Shown here in pieces: positions 1 to 7,424 of a DNA stretch of 12,353 nucleotides. Numbering within the stretch: position 1 is the first letter of the stretch; each line of letters opens with the position of its first letter. The position numbers were made by a program, and so were the translations under genes. The notes below the pieces were generated by a model. It had not been told where the DNA came from. It did no database searches and saw nothing but the letters and a program-made list of their open reading frames with translations. The DNA is from Eggerthellaceae bacterium (lineage in GTDB: Bacteria > Actinomycetota > Coriobacteriia > Coriobacteriales > Eggerthellaceae): the NCBI GenBank assembly GCA_022792415.1, contig JAAWAY010000094.1, positions 1 through 12,353 on the forward strand, read 5' to 3'.

Positions 1-1
1 C

Positions 2-1402
2 TCGCGCATGAGCCAGGGCGAGCGCTACGACCAGTGGGACTTTATCCGCAGCGGCGCCGCGCGCGTGGTGGTGGGCGCCCGCAGCGCGCTGTTTACCCCG
101 CTGGCCGACGTGGGCCTCGTCGTCATCGACGAGGAGCACGAGGGCTCCTACAAGCAGGACTCCGCCCCCCGCTACCAGGCGCGCGACGTGGCCGAGTGGA
201 TGATGCGCCGGTCGGGCGGCGCGCTCGTGCTGGGCTCGGCCACGCCGTCGGTCGAGGCGCTGCACGCCGCCGCCACCCGCGACGCGTGGACCCAGGTGCG
301 CCTGCCCGAGCGCGCCAACGGCCGGCCGCTGCCGCAGGTGGAGGTCGTCGACATGGCCGCCGAGTTCAAGGGCGGGTCGCGCGCCATGTTCTCGGGACGG
401 CTCACCCGCGCGCTGGGCGAGGAGCTCTCGCAGGGCCGCAAGGCGGTGCTGCTGCTCAACCAGCGCGGGTTCGCCAAGTTCCTGCTGTGCCGCGACTGCG
501 GCTTCGTGCCCGAGTGCCCGCACTGCGCCACGTCGCTGGCCTACCACGACTCCGACCGCACGCTGCGCTGCCACCACTGCGACTACCGCGTGGCCGCCCC
601 CCCGACGTGCCCTGAGTGCGGCAGCCCCTACCTCAAGAAGTTCGGCGCGGGCACCCAGCGGGTGGAGGCCGAGCTGCGCGCGCTCCTGGACGGGATGCCC
701 GGCGTGGGCCCGGGCGTGCCCGTCATCCGCATGGACGCCGACACCACGCGCGGCAAGGGCGCCCACCAGCGCCTGCTCGAGGAGTTCGCCGCCGCGGACG
801 CCGCCGTGCTGCTGGGCACGCAGATGATCGCCAAGGGCCTCGACTTCGACGACGTGACGCTCGTGGGCGTCATCAACGCCGACACGCAGCTGCACCTGCC
901 CGACTACCGCGCAGGCGAGCGCACGTTCGACCTGATCGAGCAGGTGGCCGGCCGCGCGGGCCGCGCCGAGCTGCCCGGGCGCGTGCTCGTGCAGACCTAC
1001 GAGGCCGACGCCGTGGCCATCCGCGCCGCGGCCGCCTACGACCGCGCGCTGTTCCTGCGCGCCGAGCTGCCCAAGCGCCGCGCGCTGGGCTACCCGCCCT
1101 ACGTGGCCCTGGCCAACGTGCTGGCTTGGGGCCCCGACGAGGGCGAGGTGGCGCGCGTGGCGACCGACCTGCAGCGCCAGCTGGAGGCGCTCGCGCGTGA
1201 CCACGGCGGCCCCGACTGGCAGGTGCTCCCGGCCACGCCCTGCGCGCTCGGCAAGCTGCGCAACGCCTACCGCTGGCACGTGGTGGTCAAGGCCCCGCCC
1301 GGCGCCGACATCCCCGGCGTCCTGACGCGCCTGTTCCGCGCGCGCAAGGCCGACGCCGCGGTGAACGTGGCCGTCGACGTCGACCCGGTCGACCTGCTGT
1401 AG
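2..1402 (+). CDS. priA: Primosomal protein N-prime (PriA replication-restart helicase), 3' portion. The gene runs off the left edge; the M at 8 is internal.
   Basis: In-frame continuation from the window edge. DEEH (DExH) helicase motif II (VVIDEEHEG). Canonical PriA Cys-rich zinc-binding region (CRDCGFVPECPHCATSLAYHDSDRTLRCHHCDY...CPECGS). Helicase C-terminal region and PriA C-terminal domain. High-GC codon usage. TAG stop at 1400-1402. Confidence 0.9.
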   Translation, partial: SRMSQGERYDQWDFIRSGAARVVVGARSALFTPLADVGLVVIDEEHEGSYKQDSAPRYQARDVAEWMMRRSGGALVLGSATPSVEALHAAATRDAWTQVRLPERANGRPLPQVEVVDMAAEFKGGSRAMFSGRLTRALGEELSQGRKAVLLLNQRGFAKFLLCRDCGFVPECPHCATSLAYHDSDRTLRCHHCDYRVAAPPTCPECGSPYLKKFGAGTQRVEAELRALLDGMPGVGPGVPVIRMDADTTRGKGAHQRLLEEFAAADAAVLLGTQMIAKGLDFDDVTLVGVINADTQLHLPDYRAGERTFDLIEQVAGRAGRAELPGRVLVQTYEADAVAIRAAAAYDRALFLRAELPKRRALGYPPYVALANVLAWGPDEGEVARVATDLQRQLEALARDHGGPDWQVLPATPCALGKLRNAYRWHVVVKAPPGADIPGVLTRLFRARKADAAVNVAVDVDPVDLL

Positions 1403-1454
1403 CCCGCCGCCGCCTGCGGGGCCCGCGCGCCGCGCGGAGCGCCCCGGCAACGCG

Positions 1455-1460
1455 TATAAT
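1455..1460 (+). promoter_or_regulatory. Perfect TATAAT -10 hexamer in the priA-downstream intergenic region. Possible promoter for the 1540 gene.
   Basis: gcgTATAATcag seen directly. No convincing -35 17 bp upstream (the region is GC-rich), so the support is weak. Confidence 0.25.
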
Positions 1461-1539
1461 CAGGGGAAACAAGCGCAAGCCGGCCAGAGGGGCCGCGCCC
1501 GGGCCGTCGGGCCCGGCAGGCCGAGGGGAAGGAGGGGCC

Positions 1540-2622
1540 GTGTCGACCAGCAGCCGCCGGTGGCGGTGGGCCTCCGCCCGCGCCCTCGTCTCGTCGCTCA
1601 CGCCGGCCGCCGCGGGCCTGGCGGCCCTCTCGGTGGCGCTCGTCGCGCTAACGGCCGGCGCCTACGGCCTGGCCGTCCCGGCCCTGGCCGGGCAGAGCGC
1701 CCTCGTGCTGGGCCCCGTCACCGCTGCGCCGTTTCCCCACGTGGACCGCGCCGACGGCCTGGCGGCCACGGGTGGCGCGCCGGGCCTGGGCGAGGTCGCC
1801 CCGCGCGACGGGGCCGAGGGCGGCGCCGACGGCGCTGACGGGGCCGACCCCGCCGCGGCCGGCGCCGAGCCCGCCGGGGGAGCCGACTCCGCGGGCGCGC
1901 TGCCGCCCACGCTCGGCACCATCCTGCTCCCCACCGTCAGCGCCGGCGCGTCCGACGCGCAGGCGGTCGCCACGGGCGGCGGCTCGGGAGGCGTGGCATC
2001 CGGCGCGGCCGGGTCGGCTGGCTCGTCTGGCTCGGCGGGGTCGTCGGGGTCCTCGGGCGGCGCCGGCACGGCCGGATCGACGGGCGGATCCTCGGGCGGC
2101 AGCTCGTCATCGGGCGGGTCGTCGTCGGGGCCCGCGGAGGAGCCGCGGGGTGAGGCGGCCATCCAGCAGGCCTACGAGACCGAGCACAACGACGAGGTGA
2201 AGGCCCTGCTCACGCGCTACTACCAGCAGGTGCCCACCTACATGAACCGCGCCATCGAGGCATACAACGCCTTCCCTGCGCAGGCCAAGACGGCCTCGCT
2301 CTCGCAGCGCCAGGCCTACGCCGCGCAGGTGGAGTCCCAGATGTCGCAGGCCATCGGCCCGTGGAACCAGATGACGCTCGACATGCAGGGCAAGCGCTGC
2401 TCCCAGTACTACCGGGACAAGTACGCCGAGATCGACAAGCTCTACAGCGACGTGTACAAGGTGTACGAGGGGCTGCAGGAGGCGTGGGGCGTCAACCTGG
2501 GCTACGCCGACCCCGCCGGCCACGAGGCCGACTACCTCGCGCCCCTCAACGCGCGCCTGAGCGGCGGACGCCCGGCGGCGGTGGTCGACTACGAGCGCCG
2601 CCTGGCAGGGGCGCGCCCGTGA
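1540..2622 (+). CDS. Secreted or membrane-anchored hypothetical protein. It has an N-terminal signal/anchor, an Ala/Gly/Asp and Gly/Ser low-complexity linker, and a C-terminal ~170-aa helical domain of unknown function.
   Basis: GTG start at 1540 preceded by GGGGAAGGAGGGG (SD). Basic N-terminus (RRWRW) then a hydrophobic stretch. GC3-rich codon usage. The TGA stop at 2620-2622 overlaps the ATG of the next gene (TGATG). Confidence 0.75.
   Translation: MSTSSRRWRWASARALVSSLTPAAAGLAALSVALVALTAGAYGLAVPALAGQSALVLGPVTAAPFPHVDRADGLAATGGAPGLGEVAPRDGAEGGADGADGADPAAAGAEPAGGADSAGALPPTLGTILLPTVSAGASDAQAVATGGGSGGVASGAAGSAGSSGSAGSSGSSGGAGTAGSTGGSSGGSSSSGGSSSGPAEEPRGEAAIQQAYETEHNDEVKALLTRYYQQVPTYMNRAIEAYNAFPAQAKTASLSQRQAYAAQVESQMSQAIGPWNQMTLDMQGKRCSQYYRDKYAEIDKLYSDVYKVYEGLQEAWGVNLGYADPAGHEADYLAPLNARLSGGRPAAVVDYERRLAGARP
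1972..2131 (+). repeat. Degenerate tandem nucleotide repeats (ggctcg / tcgggcgg units) encoding the Gly/Ser-rich linker of the 1540-2622 protein.
   Basis: Directly visible repeated ggctcgtctggctcggcggggtcgtcggggtcctcgggcgg... units. Encodes GSAGSSGSAGSSGSSGGAGTAGSTGGSSGGSSSSGGSSSG. Confidence 0.5.
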
Positions 2623-4373
2623 TGGCGGCGATCGGGGAGGGGGCCCTCGCCGCGCCGGGCGCGGGGAGCCTGCGCCTCGTGCGCGTGGAGGGCTTCGAGG
2701 CGCCCGAGGTGCTGGCCCCGGGCGACGAGGACGCCTACCGGCGCCGCTTCTGCTCGCTGCTCATGGACGACGCCCGCTCCCGGCGGGGCGGCCTGGGCCA
2801 GGTGACCTGGGCCGTCAACGCGCGCGGCGAGGCCCTGGCCGTCAAGCGGCTCCTGCCCGCGGAGGGCGCCGCGGCGGGGTCGCGCGGGTGCCAGGAGGCG
2901 CTCGAGCGCGCCTTCGCGGAGGAATACGAGGGGCACCGGCGCGTGTCGGGCCTCAAGGGCTTCCCGCGCCTGTACGGCCGCGGCACGGTGGACGGCGCGC
3001 CCGCGCTCATCATGGAGTGGGTGGAGGGCGAGACGCTCGAGCACGCGGCGCGGGCGCTGGCCGTGGACGGCGAGGGGCGCCTGTCGCCCCTGACGGCGGC
3101 GCGCCTATCCCGTGACCTGTTCGAGCTGCTGGCGCGCATGGACCTGGTGGAGGGCGGGTTCTCGCACCGGGACGTGACGCCGGCCAACGTCATGGTGTGC
3201 ACCACGCTTCAGCCCTTGGCGGCGCAGGTGGAGGAGGGCGTGTTCGACCTGCGGCTGGTCGACTTCGGCTCGGCGGCCGTGGGGGAGCGCCGGGCCACGT
3301 CGCTCACCGAGGCGTGGGGCGCGCCCCGCGGCGCGACGCCCGAGTACGCCCCGCCCGAGATGCTCACCGAGGACGTGGCCGAGGCCGTGGCGGCCCGCGC
3401 GGGCGCGGCCGTGGACGTGTACGCCGCCGCCGGCGTCGCGCAGCGGCTGCTGACAGGGCGCCCGCCCTTCGACCTGGCCTCCGACGTCCGCTCGCCCTAC
3501 CGCTGCAAGACCGAGGACGTGCCCGCGCCGCTGACCTGCGCGCACGAGGCCGCGACCGACCTGGGGGCGGTGCTGGCGGGCGAGCCCGAGGTGGCCGTGG
3601 CGCTCAGCCACGCCGTCGCCGACGCGGGCGGAGCGCCGGGGCCCGACCGCGCCCGGGAGGCGCTCTGCGCGGTGGACGCGCAGCTGGCGGGCCTGGTGGG
3701 CCCGTGCTTGGCTCCCAAGCCGAAGGACCGCCCCTCCGCCGCGGCGGTGCGCGACGGCCTGACCGCCTTCTGCCGGCAGTACGCCCCCAACCTGGGGCGC
3801 GCCCTGCGCGGCGAGGCGCTCGACCCGGCGGTGCTGGGCGAGGGCGCCACCCGCGTCGCGGACCGCTCGCGCCGTGCCGCCGCCGTGCTGCGGGGCGTCG
3901 CCCGCGCGGCGTGCGGGCTGGTGTGGGCGGCGGTGCTGGCCTCGGCTGCGCTGCTCGCCGACGGCGCGCGCGCCACGGTGGCCACGGGCGCGGGCCCCGA
4001 AGACGTCCTGGTGCCCGGCTGGGCGGTGGCGCTGCTGCTGGCCGCGCCGACGCTGGCGGCGTACGCCGCGCGGGGCCGCAACGGTGACCGTGGATGGGGC
4101 CTCGCCGCGGGGAGCGCCGCCCTGGTCGGGGCGTCGCTTCTGGTCATGGGCGCCGGCGCGGTGGTCGACCTGGCGTCGGGCGAGGTGGCGGCTGCCCTGG
4201 CAGCAGCCCTGGCCGCCTGCGCCGCCGCGGCGTGGTGTCCTATGGCGATCGGCTACGCGCTCTCGCCGCGCCGCCGACGCGCCCGCGCCGGGCGCAGGGC
4301 CGCGCGCGACGGCCTGCCGGCGGGGGAGGACGACGCGCAGGACGGCGCCGAGCCCCTGGGGCTGGCGTCGTAG
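2622..4373 (+). CDS. Hanks-type (PknB-like) Ser/Thr protein kinase-family protein with a C-terminal ~4-helix transmembrane domain. No PASTA or extracellular sensor domain. Atypical catalytic loop HRDVTPAN.
   Basis: ATG at 2622 overlaps the upstream stop (translational coupling); the ORF-track M at 2361 is an in-frame extension across the upstream gene. Kinase subdomains are recognisable: RRGGLGQVTWAV (Gly loop, compare PknB GFGGMSEVH), ALAVKRL (VAIK Lys), EEYE (alphaC Glu), IMEWVEGETL (hinge), HRDVTPANVMV (catalytic loop, with Thr in place of the conserved Lys), DFGSA (DFG), PEYAPPEM (APE), DVYAAAGV...LTGRPPF. The C-terminal third is strongly hydrophobic (multiple predicted TM helices). Confidence 0.8.
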   Translation: MAAIGEGALAAPGAGSLRLVRVEGFEAPEVLAPGDEDAYRRRFCSLLMDDARSRRGGLGQVTWAVNARGEALAVKRLLPAEGAAAGSRGCQEALERAFAEEYEGHRRVSGLKGFPRLYGRGTVDGAPALIMEWVEGETLEHAARALAVDGEGRLSPLTAARLSRDLFELLARMDLVEGGFSHRDVTPANVMVCTTLQPLAAQVEEGVFDLRLVDFGSAAVGERRATSLTEAWGAPRGATPEYAPPEMLTEDVAEAVAARAGAAVDVYAAAGVAQRLLTGRPPFDLASDVRSPYRCKTEDVPAPLTCAHEAATDLGAVLAGEPEVAVALSHAVADAGGAPGPDRAREALCAVDAQLAGLVGPCLAPKPKDRPSAAAVRDGLTAFCRQYAPNLGRALRGEALDPAVLGEGATRVADRSRRAAAVLRGVARAACGLVWAAVLASAALLADGARATVATGAGPEDVLVPGWAVALLLAAPTLAAYAARGRNGDRGWGLAAGSAALVGASLLVMGAGAVVDLASGEVAAALAAALAACAAAAWCPMAIGYALSPRRRRARAGRRAARDGLPAGEDDAQDGAEPLGLAS

Positions 4374-4467
4374 GGCGGGATGCGGACGATTATCGAATCA
4401 AAGCCTTGACCAGGCATTTGCGGCGATTAGCAAGCTATTCGCCGCATGATATGCGGTGAATAAGAAA

Positions 4468-4499
4468 GGGGGCGCGGCCCGAGATCGGGCCGCGCCCCC
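4468..4499 (-). terminator. Intrinsic terminator. A perfect 13-bp GC stem (GGGGGCGCGGCCC / GGGCCGCGCCCCC) with a 6-nt loop, followed on the minus strand by a U-rich tract (CUUUCUUAUU). Possibly bidirectional.
   Basis: Perfect inverted repeat seen directly. The T-run is only on the minus-strand 3' side (plus 4456-4467 = ...ataagaaa). It would end minus-strand transcripts coming from the island operon or gene remnant. It may also stop the plus-strand kinase operon. Confidence 0.6.
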
Positions 4500-4526
4500 T
4501 CTGCGCGTCGGGTACGCGGGCTCCCG

Positions 4527-4668
4527 CTAGGCGCGGGGGACGACCAGGCGCGTCCGGTTCCAGACGCCCTCGTCGTTCACGTAGTAGCGTCCGATCCACT
4601 TGTCGGTGGCCATGGCGCCCGAGTCCTCGAAGTATTACCAGTGGTCACCGGTGCGCAGTTGGGCGGAA
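4527..4668 (-). pseudogene. 3'-terminal remnant of a cell-wall-binding-repeat (CW_binding_1 / choline-binding-type) protein gene. It has an in-frame TAA at 4635-4637, and its 5' part is replaced by low-GC DNA.
   Basis: Minus-strand translation ...ISAQLRTGDHW*YFEDSGAMATDKWIGRYYVNDEGVWNRTRLVVPRA* ends at TAG (4527-4529). Two tandem units match the G-x-M-A-T-G/D-W...YY...G-x-W repeat logic of clostridial/streptococcal cell-wall-binding repeats. GC-rich, host-like. The ORF has no start and an internal stop. Confidence 0.5.
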
Positions 4669-4695
4669 ATCTGATTTCAAATCCAAACGCGTTCG

Positions 4696-5196
4696 CTAGA
4701 TGCGAAACAAGGATCGAATAGCAGAGCCTAGATGAAGGACGGAGCTTATTGTATAAAGGTCATCAGCAGTGAGAGTGTTATCGGAATCGCCATCATCTGG
4801 TTTTTCCTCATCCGGTTCGTTTTCGGGCACAATAGCAGGATTTTCGATCGTCTCTGTTGTCCCATCCATATATTGTATTTCCACTTTTTTCAATTGTGCC
4901 GATGCAATTGTTCCGTTATACCAAAGATGCTCAAAATGATACGACTCGTATGCACCGGGCTCAATCGGGCCTACGCCTTGGGCAAGTTTTATTGGGGAGT
5001 TGCTATTTCTTTCACCGACGATGTCACCCACAGAATTGATGGCCTGTAAGGTGAACTTAATATACTTTACTGTTTTGTCGGTATCGTTTTGAAGACGGAT
5101 TCGGACGCCAGCCCCACCAGCGCTATCCACACCGCTAATGAAGCAATCATTGTAATCTTTATATCCAACTCGCACCGACGAAATTATTATTCCCAT
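4696..5196 (-). CDS. Hypothetical small protein (166 aa), predicted beta-rich with an acidic C-terminal segment. Last gene of the low-GC operon.
   Basis: ATG at 5196..5194 with SD GGAGAGG 7 nt upstream. The ORF-track start at 5202 is a TTG two codons earlier. Low-GC codon usage matches the neighbouring island genes. No recognisable motif. Confidence 0.65.
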   Translation of the reverse strand: MGIIISSVRVGYKDYNDCFISGVDSAGGAGVRIRLQNDTDKTVKYIKFTLQAINSVGDIVGERNSNSPIKLAQGVGPIEPGAYESYHFEHLWYNGTIASAQLKKVEIQYMDGTTETIENPAIVPENEPDEEKPDDGDSDNTLTADDLYTISSVLHLGSAIRSLFRI

Positions 5197-5240
5197 TTTC
5201 AATCCTCTCCATCAAGGTTTCTTCAATGCTAGTATTTCGG

Positions 5241-6179
5241 TTATTCTCCACATGCCATCTTGTTTTTCACCTCTCTAATCATGTGCTTTTTGCTTGCTAT
5301 TTCCTCGTCAGTTAGCCGTGGTGTTTCAACGTATGCGCCCCATTTGTTGCGGACGAGATCCATTGAATTTCTTTCAAGCAACTCGCTAATCATGGTTATC
5401 ACCAACTGATAAACCTCAGATTTTGATTCCTGGTGCGTTTCGACGAGATCGGCAACTTTGATTAACACCTTGGTGCAGTTATCCGTTTCTTCTTCTAATT
5501 CCCAGAAGGCTGACCGAGTTTTGCTCATGTCGTAATCGCGCACTATTTCCGAGGCAACGTCTCTCATGGCTGAACAAACGATGGTTGTGGCTTTCCCAAA
5601 CACCTTTTGTTGACTAACGACAACGCCGGCCGAAGCCTCGTATTTCTTTATCGCCGAAGAGAAAGAATCGATGCCAGCGGAAAAGATGTCCGTGAAGTAT
5701 TCGTTTGTGAGCATTGAAACGTTTGCGCAACCCAAGGTCATCAGCCGGATTGCCAGTTCCTCGAGATATGATTCAATTGTTTTCGCCGCTGTTCTTTTTT
5801 CTGATTCGAAAGGTAAAGATTTGAGCGCCTGGATGAAACACGAAATAGACTCTTCAATACGAAGATTTTTCAGTGTCATCAGTTGGCCTATAGCCCGGCC
5901 TTTAAGTACATATACATCAAACCCCTGAGGTTCTTCCTCAATGGCTTTGTTGCAATGCGCTATCGCCAGGCTCCAATCGCTGGCATTGTAAGAGTCTTGA
6001 GCGAGCTCAAGGCGAAGATTTGCAGAATGAGCAAAACCGTCTTTTAGGCTACCCCCCCCCCTGGTGCTATTCTGCTCAAAAGACAGGTCATGCTCGACGC
6101 CGCAGCATTCGCAAACGGCGATGTTTCCCTCGCCCGTTTTTAGCCGACCTCCGCATATGTTGCATACGAGTGTTGCCAT
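5241..6179 (-). CDS. Zinc-ribbon plus TPR-like helical protein (312 aa), hypothetical.
   Basis: N-terminal CNICGG...CECCG (CxxC-x15-CxxC zinc ribbon). A TPR-like unit (SDWSLAIAHCNKAIEEEPQGFDVYVLKGRAIGQL). ATG at 6179..6177, 3 nt after the stop of the upstream gene (TGAGCCATG). Low GC. Confidence 0.7.
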   Translation of the reverse strand: MATLVCNICGGRLKTGEGNIAVCECCGVEHDLSFEQNSTRGGGSLKDGFAHSANLRLELAQDSYNASDWSLAIAHCNKAIEEEPQGFDVYVLKGRAIGQLMTLKNLRIEESISCFIQALKSLPFESEKRTAAKTIESYLEELAIRLMTLGCANVSMLTNEYFTDIFSAGIDSFSSAIKKYEASAGVVVSQQKVFGKATTIVCSAMRDVASEIVRDYDMSKTRSAFWELEEETDNCTKVLIKVADLVETHQESKSEVYQLVITMISELLERNSMDLVRNKWGAYVETPRLTDEEIASKKHMIREVKNKMACGE

Positions 6180-6182
6180 GGC

Positions 6183-6743
6183 TCACTCACCAGATTCCCG
6201 TTGGAGAGAGGCGCAGCACGTTTCGCGGCGGCATTTCTTGGCGTTGTCGTTGTCAATGGGGATAATGCTGTCAGCGTCGTAATAGTTGTCTCTTACGATG
6301 GCCCCAATCTGGTACACGAGGTCCACGAGATCAGCCGATTCCTCCGCTAGTTTTTGGAATTGAGAATCAACATCATCGTATTGATCCAAAGTTACCAATT
6401 GATGCACGAGCTTATTTCGTTCCTTGCACCACCTTTTCACAGAGCGAAGCGTATCGGGCTTCACGTCCTTGACCAGGGGATACTCTCTTTTGGATAAACG
6501 TATAAGGCACTCGATCTTGGTTGTGATGCCTGTCGGCCTCGCATTTTCTGCTCGCGGCGCTTTCGGGCAGCCCTGCGCTATTTTTGAAATAATGCGATCG
6601 AAGCGGTTTTCGAAGCATGCATAGGCATACCAGCACGTCTCAACGTAAGACCCTCGCTCTATTGCGTTGTTGATGCGCTGAAGAACGTCATCGTGCATTG
6701 CTGCCATTTCAAGTCGCTTTTCATAGGGTTCCAAGGGTTCCAT
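6183..6743 (-). CDS. Hypothetical all-alpha protein (186 aa) with a HEPN-like R-N-x3-H motif (KERNKLVHQ). Candidate HEPN-superfamily RNase or Abi-like effector.
   Basis: ATG 6743..6741 lies 3 nt after the stop of the upstream gene (TAGGCCATG). Rx4H (R109-N-K-L-V-H114, nt 6402-6419) sits in a predicted helical context about 110 aa into the protein, as in HEPN domains. No other family signature recognised. The functional call is inference. Confidence 0.65.
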   Translation of the reverse strand: MEPLEPYEKRLEMAAMHDDVLQRINNAIERGSYVETCWYAYACFENRFDRIISKIAQGCPKAPRAENARPTGITTKIECLIRLSKREYPLVKDVKPDTLRSVKRWCKERNKLVHQLVTLDQYDDVDSQFQKLAEESADLVDLVYQIGAIVRDNYYDADSIIPIDNDNAKKCRRETCCASLQRESGE

Positions 6744-6746
6744 GGC

Positions 6747-7421
6747 CTACTTCTTTCCTGCCTTGATCATGATGTTGCGTTTGTCGAGAAGGCGAGATAT
6801 TGACTGGAGGGTCTCCAGATCAACCCTTCCGCTTTCCTTAACCTGTTCGACATAGGCGTTGATTTGACTCTCTATCTCCGACGTCGACTCGAGGCTCCTC
6901 GAATTGCTGAACCGGGCCGTGTCTATCAACTCGTTCAAGGCTTTCTGCTCTTCGCCTCTTACTTCGAAATCAGCCTCGATGCCGCGTAGGCTCATAAGGA
7001 GGTCGCGGGAGAAGGCCGTGGACCTTTCAGCTGCATTCTCGACTTGGCTGGCGTAGCTCATGCCCTTTTCTGCGCCGATTAACGCGATTGAACTCATGGC
7101 CAGGAGAATGACGCCAGTAACAATCGATATGGTTGTATCTCCGGGTAGCAAGAGGGCGAGCGCTCCACCCACAGCGAGCTGGATAAGCAGGAAGAGCGTG
7201 GGTAGAACAAGTTTCGGGTACGTTTGGAACAGCCCTGAGACGTCGGCTTGCGTTCTGCTGATGCCTGCGAAATAAAGAAGAACTCCTTGCGCCAGGCCAA
7301 ACAAGAGCGCGATCCACGAGGTAGCGGTCTGCGGCGCAAGCAACGAGATAAGGAGCGCATACGCTGCGTAGATGATTGCAAGGATGCCGAGGCAGGCTAC
7401 CCTCATTGTTGGTTTCTTCAT
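6747..7421 (-). CDS. Integral membrane protein (224 aa). About 4 N-terminal TM helices, then a cytoplasmic coiled-coil/helical domain. Possibly a YdjH-like partner of the SPFH protein.
   Basis: ATG 7421..7419 preceded by AAGGAGGGG (SD). Starts 3 nt after the stop of the SPFH gene (TAGGCTATG). Long hydrophobic segments (ILAIIYAAYALLISLLA, WIALLFGLAQGVLLYFAG, LVLPTLFLLIQLAVGGALALLL, IVTGVILLAMSSIALIGA) followed by a charged heptad-like C-terminus. Confidence 0.75.
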   Translation of the reverse strand: MKKPTMRVACLGILAIIYAAYALLISLLAPQTATSWIALLFGLAQGVLLYFAGISRTQADVSGLFQTYPKLVLPTLFLLIQLAVGGALALLLPGDTTISIVTGVILLAMSSIALIGAEKGMSYASQVENAAERSTAFSRDLLMSLRGIEADFEVRGEEQKALNELIDTARFSNSRSLESTSEIESQINAYVEQVKESGRVDLETLQSISRLLDKRNIMIKAGKK

Positions 7422-7424
7422 AGC

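Noticed and set aside
1499-1516. 7-bp GC stem (CCGGGCC-gtcg-GGCCCGG) between priA and the next gene.
   Set aside because: Short, with no U-tract. In about 75% GC DNA such stems arise by chance, and it is not a convincing terminator.
2361-2621. ORF-track start at 2361 for the kinase gene.
   Set aside because: This is an in-frame read-through across the 3' end of the upstream gene. The ATG at 2622 overlaps the upstream TGA in a classic coupling arrangement, and it begins the kinase homology.
4442-4456. Small palindrome CCGCAT-gat-ATGCGG, and a TTGACC -35-like hexamer, in the short AT-richer spacer after the kinase gene.
   Set aside because: Six-bp arms only. No matching -10 at proper spacing. 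Probably incidental or part of the terminator-proximal structure.
34-4459. Numerous long ORFs on both strands overlapping priA, the Gly/Ser protein and the kinase (for example 34-615, 616-1200, 1662-2162 -, 2107-2523 -, 2589-3044 -, 2735-3205 -, 3105-3611 -, 3197-4087, 3497-4147 -, 3874-4449, 4094-4459).
   Set aside because: These are typical stop-codon-poor alternative frames of about 72% GC DNA. Their translations are Arg/Pro/Ala/Gly-rich nonsense. They have no SDs and are fully overlapped by genes with clear family signatures.
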